From Candidatus Moraniibacteriota bacterium (GTDB lineage Bacteria; Patescibacteriota; Minisyncoccia; Moranbacterales; UBA1568), in assembly GCA_028711705.1 (NCBI GenBank), contig JAQTRS010000001.1, positions 30,581-94,580 of the forward strand: a stretch of 64,000 nt of DNA, in the 5' to 3' direction. Below are positions 1-9,436 of the stretch, piece after piece (positions within the stretch are counted from its first letter, which is position 1; the number at the start of each line of letters is the position of its first letter). Made by a program: the position numbers and the translations under genes. Below the pieces are notes generated by a model. That model did no database searches, was not told where the DNA came from, and worked only from the letters and a program-made list of their open reading frames with translations.

Positions 1-1
1 G

Positions 2-670
2 CTCCACAAAGGAAACAAAGAAGCGGAAGCCCGTCTTAAAAACGGCACCCTGACTGGTAAGGATGCTTTCGAGCTTTTCACGACCTATGGATTCCCCTTG
101 GAAATGACGCAGGAAATCGCCATCGAGAACGGAGTGGATGTGAATATCGTCGAATTCGAAAAGGAATTCAAGAATCATCAGGACCTTTCCCGTGCCGGAA
201 GCGCCGGAAAATTCAAGGGAGGATTGGCGGATCACGGGGAGATGTCGGTGAAGTATCACACGACAACCCACTTGCTTCAGCAGGCCCTGCGCCAAGTCTT
301 GGGCGATCATGTGGCTCAGAAGGGAAGCAACATCACCGCCGAGCGTTTGCGTTTCGACTTCTCGCACCCGAGCAAAATGACGGAGGAGGAAATCAAACGG
401 ACGGAAAGTATCGTGAATGAGAAAATCAAAGAAGCGCTGCCAGTGAGTTATCAGGATATCCCATTGGAAGAAGCGAAGAAGCTCGGGGCGATCGGACTTT
501 TCGGCGAGAAGTATGGCGAGACCGTGCGGGTGTATAAAGTCGGCGACTTCAGCCTCGAATTCTGCGGGGGGCCACACGTGACCAATACTTCGGAGCTTGG
601 AACGTTTAAGATTACGAAGGAAGAGGCTTCGTCGGCCGGGGTGCGACGGATCAAGGCGGTGCTGGAATAA
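2..670 (+). CDS. alaS: Alanine--tRNA ligase, 3' part (5' end outside window); short form ending after the editing domain
   Basis: Open frame from position 2: DAFELFTTYGFPLE, HTTTHLL, QKGSNIT, RLRFDF, EFCGGPHV, GVRRIKA then stop. Confidence 0.95.
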   Translation, partial: LHKGNKEAEARLKNGTLTGKDAFELFTTYGFPLEMTQEIAIENGVDVNIVEFEKEFKNHQDLSRAGSAGKFKGGLADHGEMSVKYHTTTHLLQQALRQVLGDHVAQKGSNITAERLRFDFSHPSKMTEEEIKRTESIVNEKIKEALPVSYQDIPLEEAKKLGAIGLFGEKYGETVRVYKVGDFSLEFCGGPHVTNTSELGTFKITKEEASSAGVRRIKAVLE

Positions 671-676
671 ATAGCA

Positions 677-904
677 AGCTTGTAAGGAATTTTTACAAGT
701 TCGAGGCTATCATTTTGTAAAAAAGCAACTGTTTCCAAAATAGAAACAGTTGCAAGAGAAATAGTAGTGTGCGCAGATTTTGCACACACTGCCAATATAT
801 GGAGAGTCAACTGTTGCAAAATTTGCAACAGTTGAAAAATTAGTTACTATAACCGATTTTAAAATATATTGATGAAAAAGCAATATATAAAAAGTGCATA
901 TTGC
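677..904. repeat. Array of five non-identical 25-bp inverted repeats with 9-7-9 geometry
   Basis: 677-701 AGCTTGTAA-GGAATTT-TTACAAGTT; 727-751 AACTGTTTC-CAAAATA-GAAACAGTT; 766-790 AGTGTGCGC-AGATTTT-GCACACACT; 809-833 AACTGTTGC-AAAATTT-GCAACAGTT; 880-904 GCAATATAT-AAAAAGT-GCATATTGC. Confidence 0.85.
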
Positions 905-933
905 ATATTTCAATAAACTAGGTGCTTTGTCTC

Positions 934-1494
934 ATGAAAAAAGAAATCAAAACACATAGCGGAACCATCCCGTACACGATGAAATCGGTGCGGTGGTCCA
1001 AGTCGGTGCGGCTTATCGTGCATGGCGATGGGTCGCTCGTTTTGACGAAGCCGTTGTGGGTGAGCGTCAAAAGAGCGGAAGGCTTTCTTTCGGATAAGAT
1101 TGAGTGGATTATCGAGAAGGTGCGGCAGGCGAAAGAGAATCATCCGGCTCATTTGGCACGCCAGGGGACCAAGGAGGAATATGCGAGGCTCAAGAAGCAG
1201 GCGCTCCAATTCGTGACCGAGCGGGTACGTAGTATCAACCAGGCGCATTATGGGTTCGACTATGCCAAAGTTTCGGTGCGGAATCAGAAGACGAGATGGG
1301 GGAGTTGCTCCAAGGATGGCAATCTGAGCTTCAATTACCGCATCGTCCTCCTCCCGCCTCACTGCGCGGATTACCTCATCGCCCACGAACTCTGCCACCT
1401 CAAGCAATTCAACCACTCGGACAAGTTCTGGAATCTCGTATCCAAGGCCTGCCCCGATCACCGAAAGGTGAGAAGGGAGATGCGGGGGTTGTAG
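934..1494 (+). CDS. YgjP/DUF45-like (M48/SprT-type) zinc metalloprotein
   Basis: QKTRWGSCS, NLSFNYRI, DYLIAHELCHL..NHS..FW motifs; family often adjacent to type I R-M loci. Confidence 0.9.
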   Translation: MKKEIKTHSGTIPYTMKSVRWSKSVRLIVHGDGSLVLTKPLWVSVKRAEGFLSDKIEWIIEKVRQAKENHPAHLARQGTKEEYARLKKQALQFVTERVRSINQAHYGFDYAKVSVRNQKTRWGSCSKDGNLSFNYRIVLLPPHCADYLIAHELCHLKQFNHSDKFWNLVSKACPDHRKVRREMRGL

Positions 1495-1600
1495 ATCAAT
1501 TTTTTTTACCTTACATAAAGAGAATTCCTGATAGAGTATCTATTTGGGAATTTTTTTATCAAACTACAAAGAAAATATAAAAAATGCGGGATTTACCCCT

Positions 1601-1629
1601 TGTAAAGCCAAGAATTTAGGAGTAGACTA
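1601..1629 (+). promoter_or_regulatory. Putative sigma70 promoter of hsdM
   Basis: TTGTAA-17 bp-TAGACT upstream of ATG 1658. Confidence 0.4.
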
Positions 1630-1657
1630 AAGAAAATCAGTAAATTTCCATTCTGCT

Positions 1658-3202
1658 ATGGCAAAAAACAATACTCAGAAATCAGAATCGTTTGAAAAGA
1701 TACTTTTCAGATCGGCGGATAAGTTGAGAAAGAATATGGATGCAGCCGAGTATAAGCATATTGTACTTGGTCTTATTTTTCTCAAATATATCTCTGATTC
1801 TTTTGAGGAGTTGTACGAAAAAATAAAGTTGGGAGAAGGGGATTTTGCAGGAGCAAATCCTGAGGATGCGGACGAGTATCGCGCGGAGAATGTTTTCTTT
1901 GTTCCGCAGATTGCGCGATGGACATTTCTTCATACAAGAGCAAAGCAACCGACTATTGGCAAGGATCTTGATAATGCGATGGAAGCTATTGAAAAAGAAA
2001 ATCCAACACTCAAAGGAATTCTTCCGAAAGTATATGCTAGACCAAACCTTGATAAAACTGCACTTGGTGGACTTATCGACCTTGTGGGAAATATCGCCAT
2101 TGGAACAGAAGCAGCAAAAAGCAAAGATTTACTCGGAAGAGTATATGAGTATTTCCTCGGAGAATTTGCTAATGCCGAAGGAAAGAAGGGTGGCCAATTC
2201 TACACGCCAAAATCAATTGTTCGATTGATGGTAGAAATGGTCGAACCACACAATGGCCGAGTATATGATCCTGCCTGCGGAAGCGGCGGGATGTTTATTA
2301 TGAGTGAGAAATTTGTTCAAAGTCATCAGGGAAGAGTGGATGATATTTCCATCTATGGTCAAGAATCCAATCAGACAACATATCGTCTTTGTCGGATGAA
2401 TCTTGCTATCCGTGGTATTGATGGATCGCAAGTAAGATGGAATACTGAAGGATCCTTTCTTAACGATGTTCACAAAGACCTTAAAGCAGACTATATCCTT
2501 GCGAACCCCCCTTTTAACGATAGCGATTGGTCAGGACAGCTCCTTGTTAATGATCCTCGCTGGCAATATGGTACTCCACCAGCTGGCAACGCCAATTTTG
2601 CATGGCTTCAGCATATGTTGTATCATCTTTCTCCAAAAGGTGTGATGGCATGCGTACTTGCAAACGGATCACTTTCAAGTCAGACAAGCGGGGAAGGCGA
2701 AATTCGAAAATCACTTATCGAGCATGATGTTGTGGATTGTATCGTCGCACTTCCAAAGCAGCTTTTCTACAATACCGGTATCCCAGCGTGTATTTGGTTT
2801 CTTTCTCGAAAGCGTACGGGTAATGGCGATCGAAAGCGGACTGGAGAAATACTTTTTATCGACGCAAGCGAAGTTGGATATATGGCCGATCGCACTCACA
2901 AAGAATTTAGTGAGGATGATATGGCTATGATTGCCAATACGTATCACGAGTGGCGCAAAGAGGATGGGAAATATGAAGATAAAAAAGGTTTCTGTAAATC
3001 CGCTACGTTGGAAGAAATAGTCAAACATAATTTTGTCCTTACACCGGGGCGCTATGTGGGTATTCCAGATGAGATAGATGACGGAATCCCATTTGAAACC
3101 AAAATTTCCGCCCTTACCGCAACTCTCAAAAACCAGATGACACAGGAGGAAAAGTTGAATGCAGAGATACGAAAGCAGCTAGGGAAAATTAACATATTCT
3201 GA
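1658..3202 (+). CDS. hsdM: Type I restriction-modification N6-adenine methyltransferase
   Basis: [15 protein letters not shown]-terminus, [15 protein letters not shown] (motif I), ANPPFN (motif IV). Confidence 0.97.
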   Translation: MAKNNTQKSESFEKILFRSADKLRKNMDAAEYKHIVLGLIFLKYISDSFEELYEKIKLGEGDFAGANPEDADEYRAENVFFVPQIARWTFLHTRAKQPTIGKDLDNAMEAIEKENPTLKGILPKVYARPNLDKTALGGLIDLVGNIAIGTEAAKSKDLLGRVYEYFLGEFANAEGKKGGQFYTPKSIVRLMVEMVEPHNGRVYDPACGSGGMFIMSEKFVQSHQGRVDDISIYGQESNQTTYRLCRMNLAIRGIDGSQVRWNTEGSFLNDVHKDLKADYILANPPFNDSDWSGQLLVNDPRWQYGTPPAGNANFAWLQHMLYHLSPKGVMACVLANGSLSSQTSGEGEIRKSLIEHDVVDCIVALPKQLFYNTGIPACIWFLSRKRTGNGDRKRTGEILFIDASEVGYMADRTHKEFSEDDMAMIANTYHEWRKEDGKYEDKKGFCKSATLEEIVKHNFVLTPGRYVGIPDEIDDGIPFETKISALTATLKNQMTQEEKLNAEIRKQLGKINIF

Positions 3203-3322
3203 TACCCCCCAACAAGAAATCATCACGGATAGTGCTTTAAATGAGCCATATTTACGACTATTTACATCTCTTGTATAGTATAGTATACTAGAAACATACA
3301 TTTGTAGATAAGTATACTCTCT

Positions 3323-4747
3323 ATGAACCAAGAACTCATTCATTATCTTCAACAGCAACTTCGAACAACTGATGAACGGTTGAAACGCTTTACGCATAGT
3401 TCAGATGGAAAAAAACATCCGAGCCGTTTTATGTTTGTGAAATTGAAACAATACATCGATGATTTTCTTGAAAAAAAATCCGAAAATAAAATGATTATCA
3501 TTCCAGGATTTCGAGGTGTTGGTAAAACGACATTGACAGCTCAAATGTGCGAGCACTACCAACGTCGCATAAAACACACCCTCTTTATTTCGATTGAGGA
3601 TGCAAAGAATCTTTTTGATGTCGGTATTGCTGAGATTATGAATGCTTACGAAAGTATTCTTGGGAAGGATCTTGAAAGTATTGATTATCCAATCCTTATT
3701 TTCCTCGATGAAGTTCAAACTGATCCAAAGTGGGCAATTACACTTAAATCACTTTTCGAAAAAACGACAAATGTGTTTTTTTGCTGCACCGGTTCATCTG
3801 CAGTAACGCTTCAAACAACAAGCAATCTTGCTCGTCGAGCTGTTTTTGAACGGATGCCGCCTATGTGTTTCACTGAGTACGAAATGGTGAAGAATAATAT
3901 TTTTCCGATAACTAAATTGAAAGATTTTATTCGACAGGCAGTGTATTTTTCTCAGGATGCCGATGCAGTTTATGCAAGTCTCCTTCGTATTCAGCCATCG
4001 GTCAATCAGTATTGGTCGAAAGTAAATCGAAATGATATTCGTCCTTATTTGGCATACGGCGCCTTACCCTTTTCTCTTATAATGCCAAATGAAACGGTAG
4101 TCTATGAATCGATCTCGTTGCTTTTGGATAAGATTATCAAATCAGATCTTTCGACGATCGGTAATTTCGATATTGAGACATTGGGAGCGGTCAAGCGAAT
4201 TCTCTTTGCTATTGCTGAGAATGACACAACGAGCCTCAAAACTCTCGAAGATCGTTTTGGCCTGAGTCGTCTCACTATTGCTAATATCTTTGATGCTTTA
4301 GAGAAAGCGGAATTACTTATCAAAATCCCAGCTTACGGATCAAATATGACTATTGCTAAAAAGGCGAATAAATACCTCTTTATGGCCCCGGCTATCCGAA
4401 TGTCTTTCTTTTATCTTACTGGTCTTGAGAGCACTTACCTTGTCAGGCAAGGAAAACTGCTTGAGGATTCTGTTGGCTCGCATCTCTATCGAGAATTTAT
4501 TCTCAGGGGCCAGGGCGCTATTCGTTATGATAGCGCTCAAGGGGGAGCAGATTTCATATTGCAGATTCAAAATAATCGACAAATCATCATTGAAGTTGGA
4601 ATGGGAAAGAAGGATAGAAAGCAAGTTGCTAACAGTGCGAAGAAAATCAATGCCGTTTACAATATTGTTTTTTCAGAATCAGAACTCAGGATTGATCATG
4701 ATTTGAAAACAGTATTTGTACCGTTAGATTATTATTTTTTGATGTAA
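3323..4747 (+). CDS. AAA+ ATPase (AAA_14/DUF4143-like) with C-terminal PD-(D/E)xK-like fold
   Basis: Walker A GFRGVGKT, Walker B IFLDEVQ, TGSS, YLAYGALP, C-terminal ADFIL...IIIEVG. Confidence 0.8.
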   Translation: MNQELIHYLQQQLRTTDERLKRFTHSSDGKKHPSRFMFVKLKQYIDDFLEKKSENKMIIIPGFRGVGKTTLTAQMCEHYQRRIKHTLFISIEDAKNLFDVGIAEIMNAYESILGKDLESIDYPILIFLDEVQTDPKWAITLKSLFEKTTNVFFCCTGSSAVTLQTTSNLARRAVFERMPPMCFTEYEMVKNNIFPITKLKDFIRQAVYFSQDADAVYASLLRIQPSVNQYWSKVNRNDIRPYLAYGALPFSLIMPNETVVYESISLLLDKIIKSDLSTIGNFDIETLGAVKRILFAIAENDTTSLKTLEDRFGLSRLTIANIFDALEKAELLIKIPAYGSNMTIAKKANKYLFMAPAIRMSFFYLTGLESTYLVRQGKLLEDSVGSHLYREFILRGQGAIRYDSAQGGADFILQIQNNRQIIIEVGMGKKDRKQVANSAKKINAVYNIVFSESELRIDHDLKTVFVPLDYYFLM

Positions 4748-4780
4748 GGAAAGAATTTTTAGTTTTTATGATTTTTTATT

Positions 4781-5311
4781 ATGGGACCGAAAGATATAAG
4801 AAAGAAAATTTTAGAGATGTTGTATTCTCAGAGATCAGGGTTTATGGTAAAAACTGATGATTTAATAAATAGCTTTAAACCTAAACTTGATGACCCAATT
4901 TTGCATCAAGAAATAGAGTATCTTAAAGGAAAGGGTTTTCTTGAGACCCAAGCTGAATTCATGGGGAGAGAGTATCTTTATTTTGCTGGCTTAAAAATTA
5001 CTCCTATTGGAATTGATCTTGTTGAAAATCCAGAAGAATTTGGAAAATTATTTAACGTACATATAAATAATTTTGGAAATATCTCACAAAGCAACGTTGT
5101 AGCTAGCTCTTCCAATATTAATCAAAGTATAAATGTTCAAACCAATGATATCTCTCCTGAAATTTTAGAATTGTTACAGCAGTTAAAAAAAGCGATTGAG
5201 GATGGCGACATTGAGAAGAAGGATTCTCTGCTACAGAAGCTGAGGAGCGGTGCTGAAAATGTATTTTGGAACCTCGTAGCAAGTGGTATTTATACGGTGA
5301 TTCAAAAATAA
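4781..5311 (+). CDS. Hypothetical protein, possible N-terminal winged helix
   Basis: 176-aa ORF co-oriented in island; IEYLKGKGFL...LKITPIGIDLVE resembles a wHTH wing; Asn-rich linker. Confidence 0.7.
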   Translation: MGPKDIRKKILEMLYSQRSGFMVKTDDLINSFKPKLDDPILHQEIEYLKGKGFLETQAEFMGREYLYFAGLKITPIGIDLVENPEEFGKLFNVHINNFGNISQSNVVASSSNINQSINVQTNDISPEILELLQQLKKAIEDGDIEKKDSLLQKLRSGAENVFWNLVASGIYTVIQK

Positions 5312-5331
5312 AGTGGGGTAAATTTACACAT

Positions 5332-5745
5332 ATGTTAAAAGTAAAGTACAAAGAAAGGCCAACGAAGGAGGCTATAGAAGGATATTGCAGAATGATTGAG
5401 GGTCTTTTGTCCGTTCATAAGTTGAAATTAGAAGTTGATATCTGGGATGGTCCTATGATTATCAAATCATATCAGGGCAATCAACATATAGAGGATGCAT
5501 ATGTTTGGATACGAGGTATTGCTGTTAAGATGCCTGGAAGGAAAGTTTTTTCTATATATCCAGCGCCAAGAGGCGGATTAGATGAAACCGTTTCAGATAA
5601 GGAAATATGGGATGATGCCTATATTATTCAAGATGAAATTTATCAGAAGTTGAATAGATTTTCTTATGTAGGAAATATGTCTGATCCATATTGGGAATTA
5701 TGGGATAACCTCCCCAAGGCGGTTAAGAAATTGAAAGGGGAATAA
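5332..5745 (+). CDS. Hypothetical protein
   Basis: ORF closely packed between neighbours; start taken at ATG 5332. Confidence 0.65.
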   Translation: MLKVKYKERPTKEAIEGYCRMIEGLLSVHKLKLEVDIWDGPMIIKSYQGNQHIEDAYVWIRGIAVKMPGRKVFSIYPAPRGGLDETVSDKEIWDDAYIIQDEIYQKLNRFSYVGNMSDPYWELWDNLPKAVKKLKGE

Positions 5746-5761
5746 ATTTTACAAGAAAGTT

Positions 5762-6406
5762 ATGTTTTCTAGCGAGATATTTGAGGTAATAAATCATGGG
5801 AGCGAAGAGGTAAACATCGAGTATAAAGATTCGATGGATTGGTCTTTGGATGAAACGAGATGGAAAATTATTCAGGCTGTTTTAGCGATGTCTAACACAA
5901 AAGATGGCGGATACATCGTTATTGGTGTAGAGGAAAGAGAAAAAGTTTTTTATGCAAAGGGTATGTCTGAGGAGTATTTTAAATCATTTAATCATGACCA
6001 TCTCTCAAATGTGTTAAGCGAATACTGTGATCCAAATATTCAGTTTCGCGTATTGTCAGATGTAGCGGAAATAGATGATGAGAAAAGGCTATTTATTGTG
6101 ATTGAGGTCTCGGAATCAATGCAACCTGTCATATGTAAAAAATTAGCACTACGGAGCAAAAAAGAAAAAGCGTTTCCAGAAAATATTGCATTAAGGAAAA
6201 ATGCTATTTACATACGTTCAAAAACACCTATTGAATCTCGCGAAATCGCATCAGCACATGAATGGCGCGAATTTATCGAGCGAATTGTTGAGAAAAATCG
6301 TGCAGAATTGATCAAAAGAATGCCTTGTTCCAGGTTTAAGTCAGAGATCTTAGTATCTGACAGTGATAAATTTAATAAGGATCAGGAAAGAGATAAGATT
6401 ATATAA
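5762..6406 (+). CDS. Schlafen/AlbA_2 domain protein
   Basis: SEEVNIEYK...AMSNTKDGGYIVIGVEE and late IYIRS, the AlbA_2 signature. Confidence 0.85.
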   Translation: MFSSEIFEVINHGSEEVNIEYKDSMDWSLDETRWKIIQAVLAMSNTKDGGYIVIGVEEREKVFYAKGMSEEYFKSFNHDHLSNVLSEYCDPNIQFRVLSDVAEIDDEKRLFIVIEVSESMQPVICKKLALRSKKEKAFPENIALRKNAIYIRSKTPIESREIASAHEWREFIERIVEKNRAELIKRMPCSRFKSEILVSDSDKFNKDQERDKII

Positions 6407-6411
6407 AACAT

Positions 6412-7146
6412 ATGTCAGATACTGATAAATTGTTGGCTAAGATTAAGTCACGCGGCCATTGGAAGGTGGTTATACGACCAACCGAGTATTCGGAGAATCT
6501 TATTCCATCCTTAGAAGATTGCAAAAGATTAATAGAGGAGAGTAGTGTTAGTCTAAGAGGGTGGGATTACCCTTATATTGATAGACATGGTAATGTGGGA
6601 AATGCAAGTGCAAATAGTGTTCATTCAATGTGTGATTGGGATGACATGTCATTTTTTGAATACTGGAGATTCTATAAAACGGGACAATTTGTTCATTATT
6701 TTTCAATGAGGGAAGATTGGGAAATTGATGAAAATAAAAAAGTAGAAATTCAAAGAAACCTTCGTACGAAATCCGATAAGTTTCTTGGTATTCTATCGAC
6801 ACTTTATTCAATAACGGAAATTTTTGAGTTCGGTTCGAGATTGTTTACAAAGTTAGAGCTTGTCAAGGGTGTTGAAATTATAATTGAATTACATGGAGTT
6901 AATGGAAGAACCTTATTTTTCTGGGATTCTTTCATGCGTATTCTCTATAAGGATTACACGTGCGTATATACTGATGACCTGGCTAAAATTTCACTGACAA
7001 TACCGCGAGAGGATTTAATAAGAAATTCGACAGACCTTGCGCTCCGAGAGTCAATTAAACTTTTCAGAGAAGCTTTCAATTGGAGTGGGGCTAACGAAGG
7101 TATTTTCAGGGAAGATCAGAAAAAGCTATTGGAACGTCGTTTGTAA
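6412..7146 (+). CDS. Hypothetical protein, probable partner of the AlbA_2 protein
   Basis: 244 aa, 5 bp after the AlbA_2 stop; LRGWDYP and EYWRFYKTGQF motifs. Confidence 0.7.
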   Translation: MSDTDKLLAKIKSRGHWKVVIRPTEYSENLIPSLEDCKRLIEESSVSLRGWDYPYIDRHGNVGNASANSVHSMCDWDDMSFFEYWRFYKTGQFVHYFSMREDWEIDENKKVEIQRNLRTKSDKFLGILSTLYSITEIFEFGSRLFTKLELVKGVEIIIELHGVNGRTLFFWDSFMRILYKDYTCVYTDDLAKISLTIPREDLIRNSTDLALRESIKLFREAFNWSGANEGIFREDQKKLLERRL

Positions 7147-7169
7147 TTGAAAGTAAAATATTTCTCAGT

Positions 7170-8408
7170 ATGAAAAATTGGAAAGAAACAACTTTAGGAG
7201 AGGTGACTGATCTTATTATTGACCATAGGGGACTGACTCCAAAAAAGATTGGAGGAGATTGGTCTGATATTGGGTATCGGGCGATTTCTGCAAAGTCTAT
7301 TAAAAATGGTCAGCTTGTAAATGAGGAACAAATGAATATTCTTCCGGAAAACCTCTATAAAAAGTGGATGAAGGAGGAAATTCAATACGGCGATATTTTT
7401 CTGACTTCTGAGGCACCTCTGGGTGAACATATCGTTTGGAAGTCTGAGGAGAAGTTGGTATTGAGTCAAAGAATTTTTGGCATAAGAACCAAGAAAGAAA
7501 AACTTGATCCGTTTTTCTTTAATTATTTTATCGATAGCAAATTTTACCAACACGAACTAAAGAGCAAGGAATCCGGGTCTACTGTTACGGGCATAAAACA
7601 ATCGGAATTATTAAAGACTAGGGTTATTCTTCCACCTCTCGAAGAGCAGAAAGAAATTGCGGGGGTTTTGGGGAGTTTGGATGATAAGATCGAGCTTTTG
7701 CGAGAGGAGAACAAAACCTTGGAAGCAACCGCACAGACCATTTTCAAAGAATGGTTCGTCAATTTCAATTTCCCAAATATTGAAGGAAAACCCTACAAAT
7801 CATCCGGCGGAAAAATGATCAACTCCGAACTCGGCTTGATCCCAGATGGGTGGAGAGTTGGGAGACTATCAGAGATTGCGAATTTCCTGAATGGCTTGGC
7901 ATTACAGAAGTTTCCGCCAGAGAGTACCACTGAGTATTTACCTGTTATTAAAATTAAAGAACTGAATTCTGGAATTTCTAACCAAACCGATAAAGCAAGC
8001 GCGAAACTGGATAAGAAATATATTGTTGAGGATGGAGATATCTTATTTTCATGGTCAGGGAGCCTCATCGTAGATATTTGGAAATACGGAAGAGGGGCAT
8101 TGAATCAGCATTTGTTTAAGGTAGCATCTGACCAGTACCCAAAGTGGTTTTATTTATATTGGACGAAAGAGCATTTGGCGAACTTTCAGCAAATAGCAAC
8201 TGCAAAGGCCGTTACAATGGGGCATATTCAGAGACATCATTTGGATGATGCGCTTGTCACGATACCAATTGAAGAGTTTATGAAGATATCAGATGATGTA
8301 TTTGCACCGATGCTTGAAAAAATTATCAATAATAATTCTGAGATCCAGACTCTCTCAACTCTTCGCGATACTCTTTTACCAAAGTTGATGAGTGTTAATA
8401 ATAAGTAA
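7170..8408 (+). CDS. hsdS: Type I R-M specificity subunit
   Basis: WKETTLGEV, PPLEEQKEIAGVLGSLDDKIEL, SELGLIPDGW, LRDTLLPKLMS conserved regions around two TRDs. Confidence 0.95.
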   Translation: MKNWKETTLGEVTDLIIDHRGLTPKKIGGDWSDIGYRAISAKSIKNGQLVNEEQMNILPENLYKKWMKEEIQYGDIFLTSEAPLGEHIVWKSEEKLVLSQRIFGIRTKKEKLDPFFFNYFIDSKFYQHELKSKESGSTVTGIKQSELLKTRVILPPLEEQKEIAGVLGSLDDKIELLREENKTLEATAQTIFKEWFVNFNFPNIEGKPYKSSGGKMINSELGLIPDGWRVGRLSEIANFLNGLALQKFPPESTTEYLPVIKIKELNSGISNQTDKASAKLDKKYIVEDGDILFSWSGSLIVDIWKYGRGALNQHLFKVASDQYPKWFYLYWTKEHLANFQQIATAKAVTMGHIQRHHLDDALVTIPIEEFMKISDDVFAPMLEKIINNNSEIQTLSTLRDTLLPKLMSVNNK

Positions 8409-8415
8409 TTTATGT

Positions 8416-9393
8416 ATGGTGACAAGGCAACGAAAACTGGGATCAGTAAAAAATGAATTGATTCGAAAATCTATTGAGTCAATGCTTTCTGCTGTTCAAA
8501 TATTTAATAATCCCAGTATCCAATTTAAATCTGAATCTTTTATAGTTCTCTCTGTGATTGCATGGACATACCTCTTACATGCTCACTACAGAGAACAAAA
8601 AATCGAATACCGGTATTTTGAACAGAAAGGGAAGAGAAGAAAGTTTGATACAACGAAGAATGGAGCATATAAATATTGGGAACTTGAAAGATGTTTAAAT
8701 GATATTAAATCACCTATAGACAAAGTTACATCAAATAATTTAAAGTTTTTGATTGGGTTAAGACATGAGATAGAACATCAAATGACAACTAAAATTGATG
8801 ATTTATTGAGTGCTAGATTTCAAGCATGTTGTTTGAATTATAATAGTTACCTAAAGAAATTATTTCCAAAACAGGATGGGATTGAAAAGTATTTGTCTTT
8901 TAGTCTTCAGTTCTCATCTTTGAATGAAAAACAGATTGACCAATTGGTTGATTATGAAGATTTACCCCAAAACATTTCAATTTATATACAACAATTTGAT
9001 CAAGAACTACCGGATGAAGAATTTAATGATAGCAGATTTTCTTATAGGGTTTTATTTGTACCGAAAACAGCAAACAGAAAAGGTCAGGCGGACAAGGTTA
9101 TTGAATTTATTCCAGCTGATTCAGAAGTTGCCAAGGGAATGAATAAAGAATATGTATTAGTGAAAGAGAAAGAGAAAATGAAATATTCACCTAGTGAAAT
9201 TTGGAAGAAAATACAAAAAGACGGTTTTAAAAAATTTGGCGCATACCAACACACTCAACTGTGGCGGACTGAAAACGCAAAAGACCCCTCAAAGGGATTT
9301 GGTACTTTCGTTGTAAAAACTTGGTATTGGTATGATTCCTGGCTTGATTTTGTAAAAAAACATTGTGAGGAGAATAAATCAGAATATACCTAG
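8416..9393 (+). CDS. DUF3644-like protein with HEPN-type RxxxxH motif
   Basis: SAVQIFNNP..FKSESFIVL..IAWTYLLHA, LRHEIEH, FQACCLNY. Confidence 0.75.
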   Translation: MVTRQRKLGSVKNELIRKSIESMLSAVQIFNNPSIQFKSESFIVLSVIAWTYLLHAHYREQKIEYRYFEQKGKRRKFDTTKNGAYKYWELERCLNDIKSPIDKVTSNNLKFLIGLRHEIEHQMTTKIDDLLSARFQACCLNYNSYLKKLFPKQDGIEKYLSFSLQFSSLNEKQIDQLVDYEDLPQNISIYIQQFDQELPDEEFNDSRFSYRVLFVPKTANRKGQADKVIEFIPADSEVAKGMNKEYVLVKEKEKMKYSPSEIWKKIQKDGFKKFGAYQHTQLWRTENAKDPSKGFGTFVVKTWYWYDSWLDFVKKHCEENKSEYT

Positions 9394-9436
9394 TTTTATG
9401 TGAATGAATACTCGCTCTAAGGATTGATATTAACGG

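Noticed and set aside
677-904. CRISPR or TIGR-type array
   Set aside because: Units are not identical repeats, spacing is irregular (50, 39, 43, 71 bp), and no cas or Nop-domain gene is present; reported as a palindrome array instead.
451-913. Minus-strand ORFs 451-828 and 710-913
   Set aside because: One overlaps alaS antisense, and their RhuM-like peptides arise simply because the palindromes read similarly on both strands.
7170-8408. Phase-variable hsdS shufflon
   Set aside because: Only one hsdS, no invertase, and no inverted repeats or simple-sequence tract seen.
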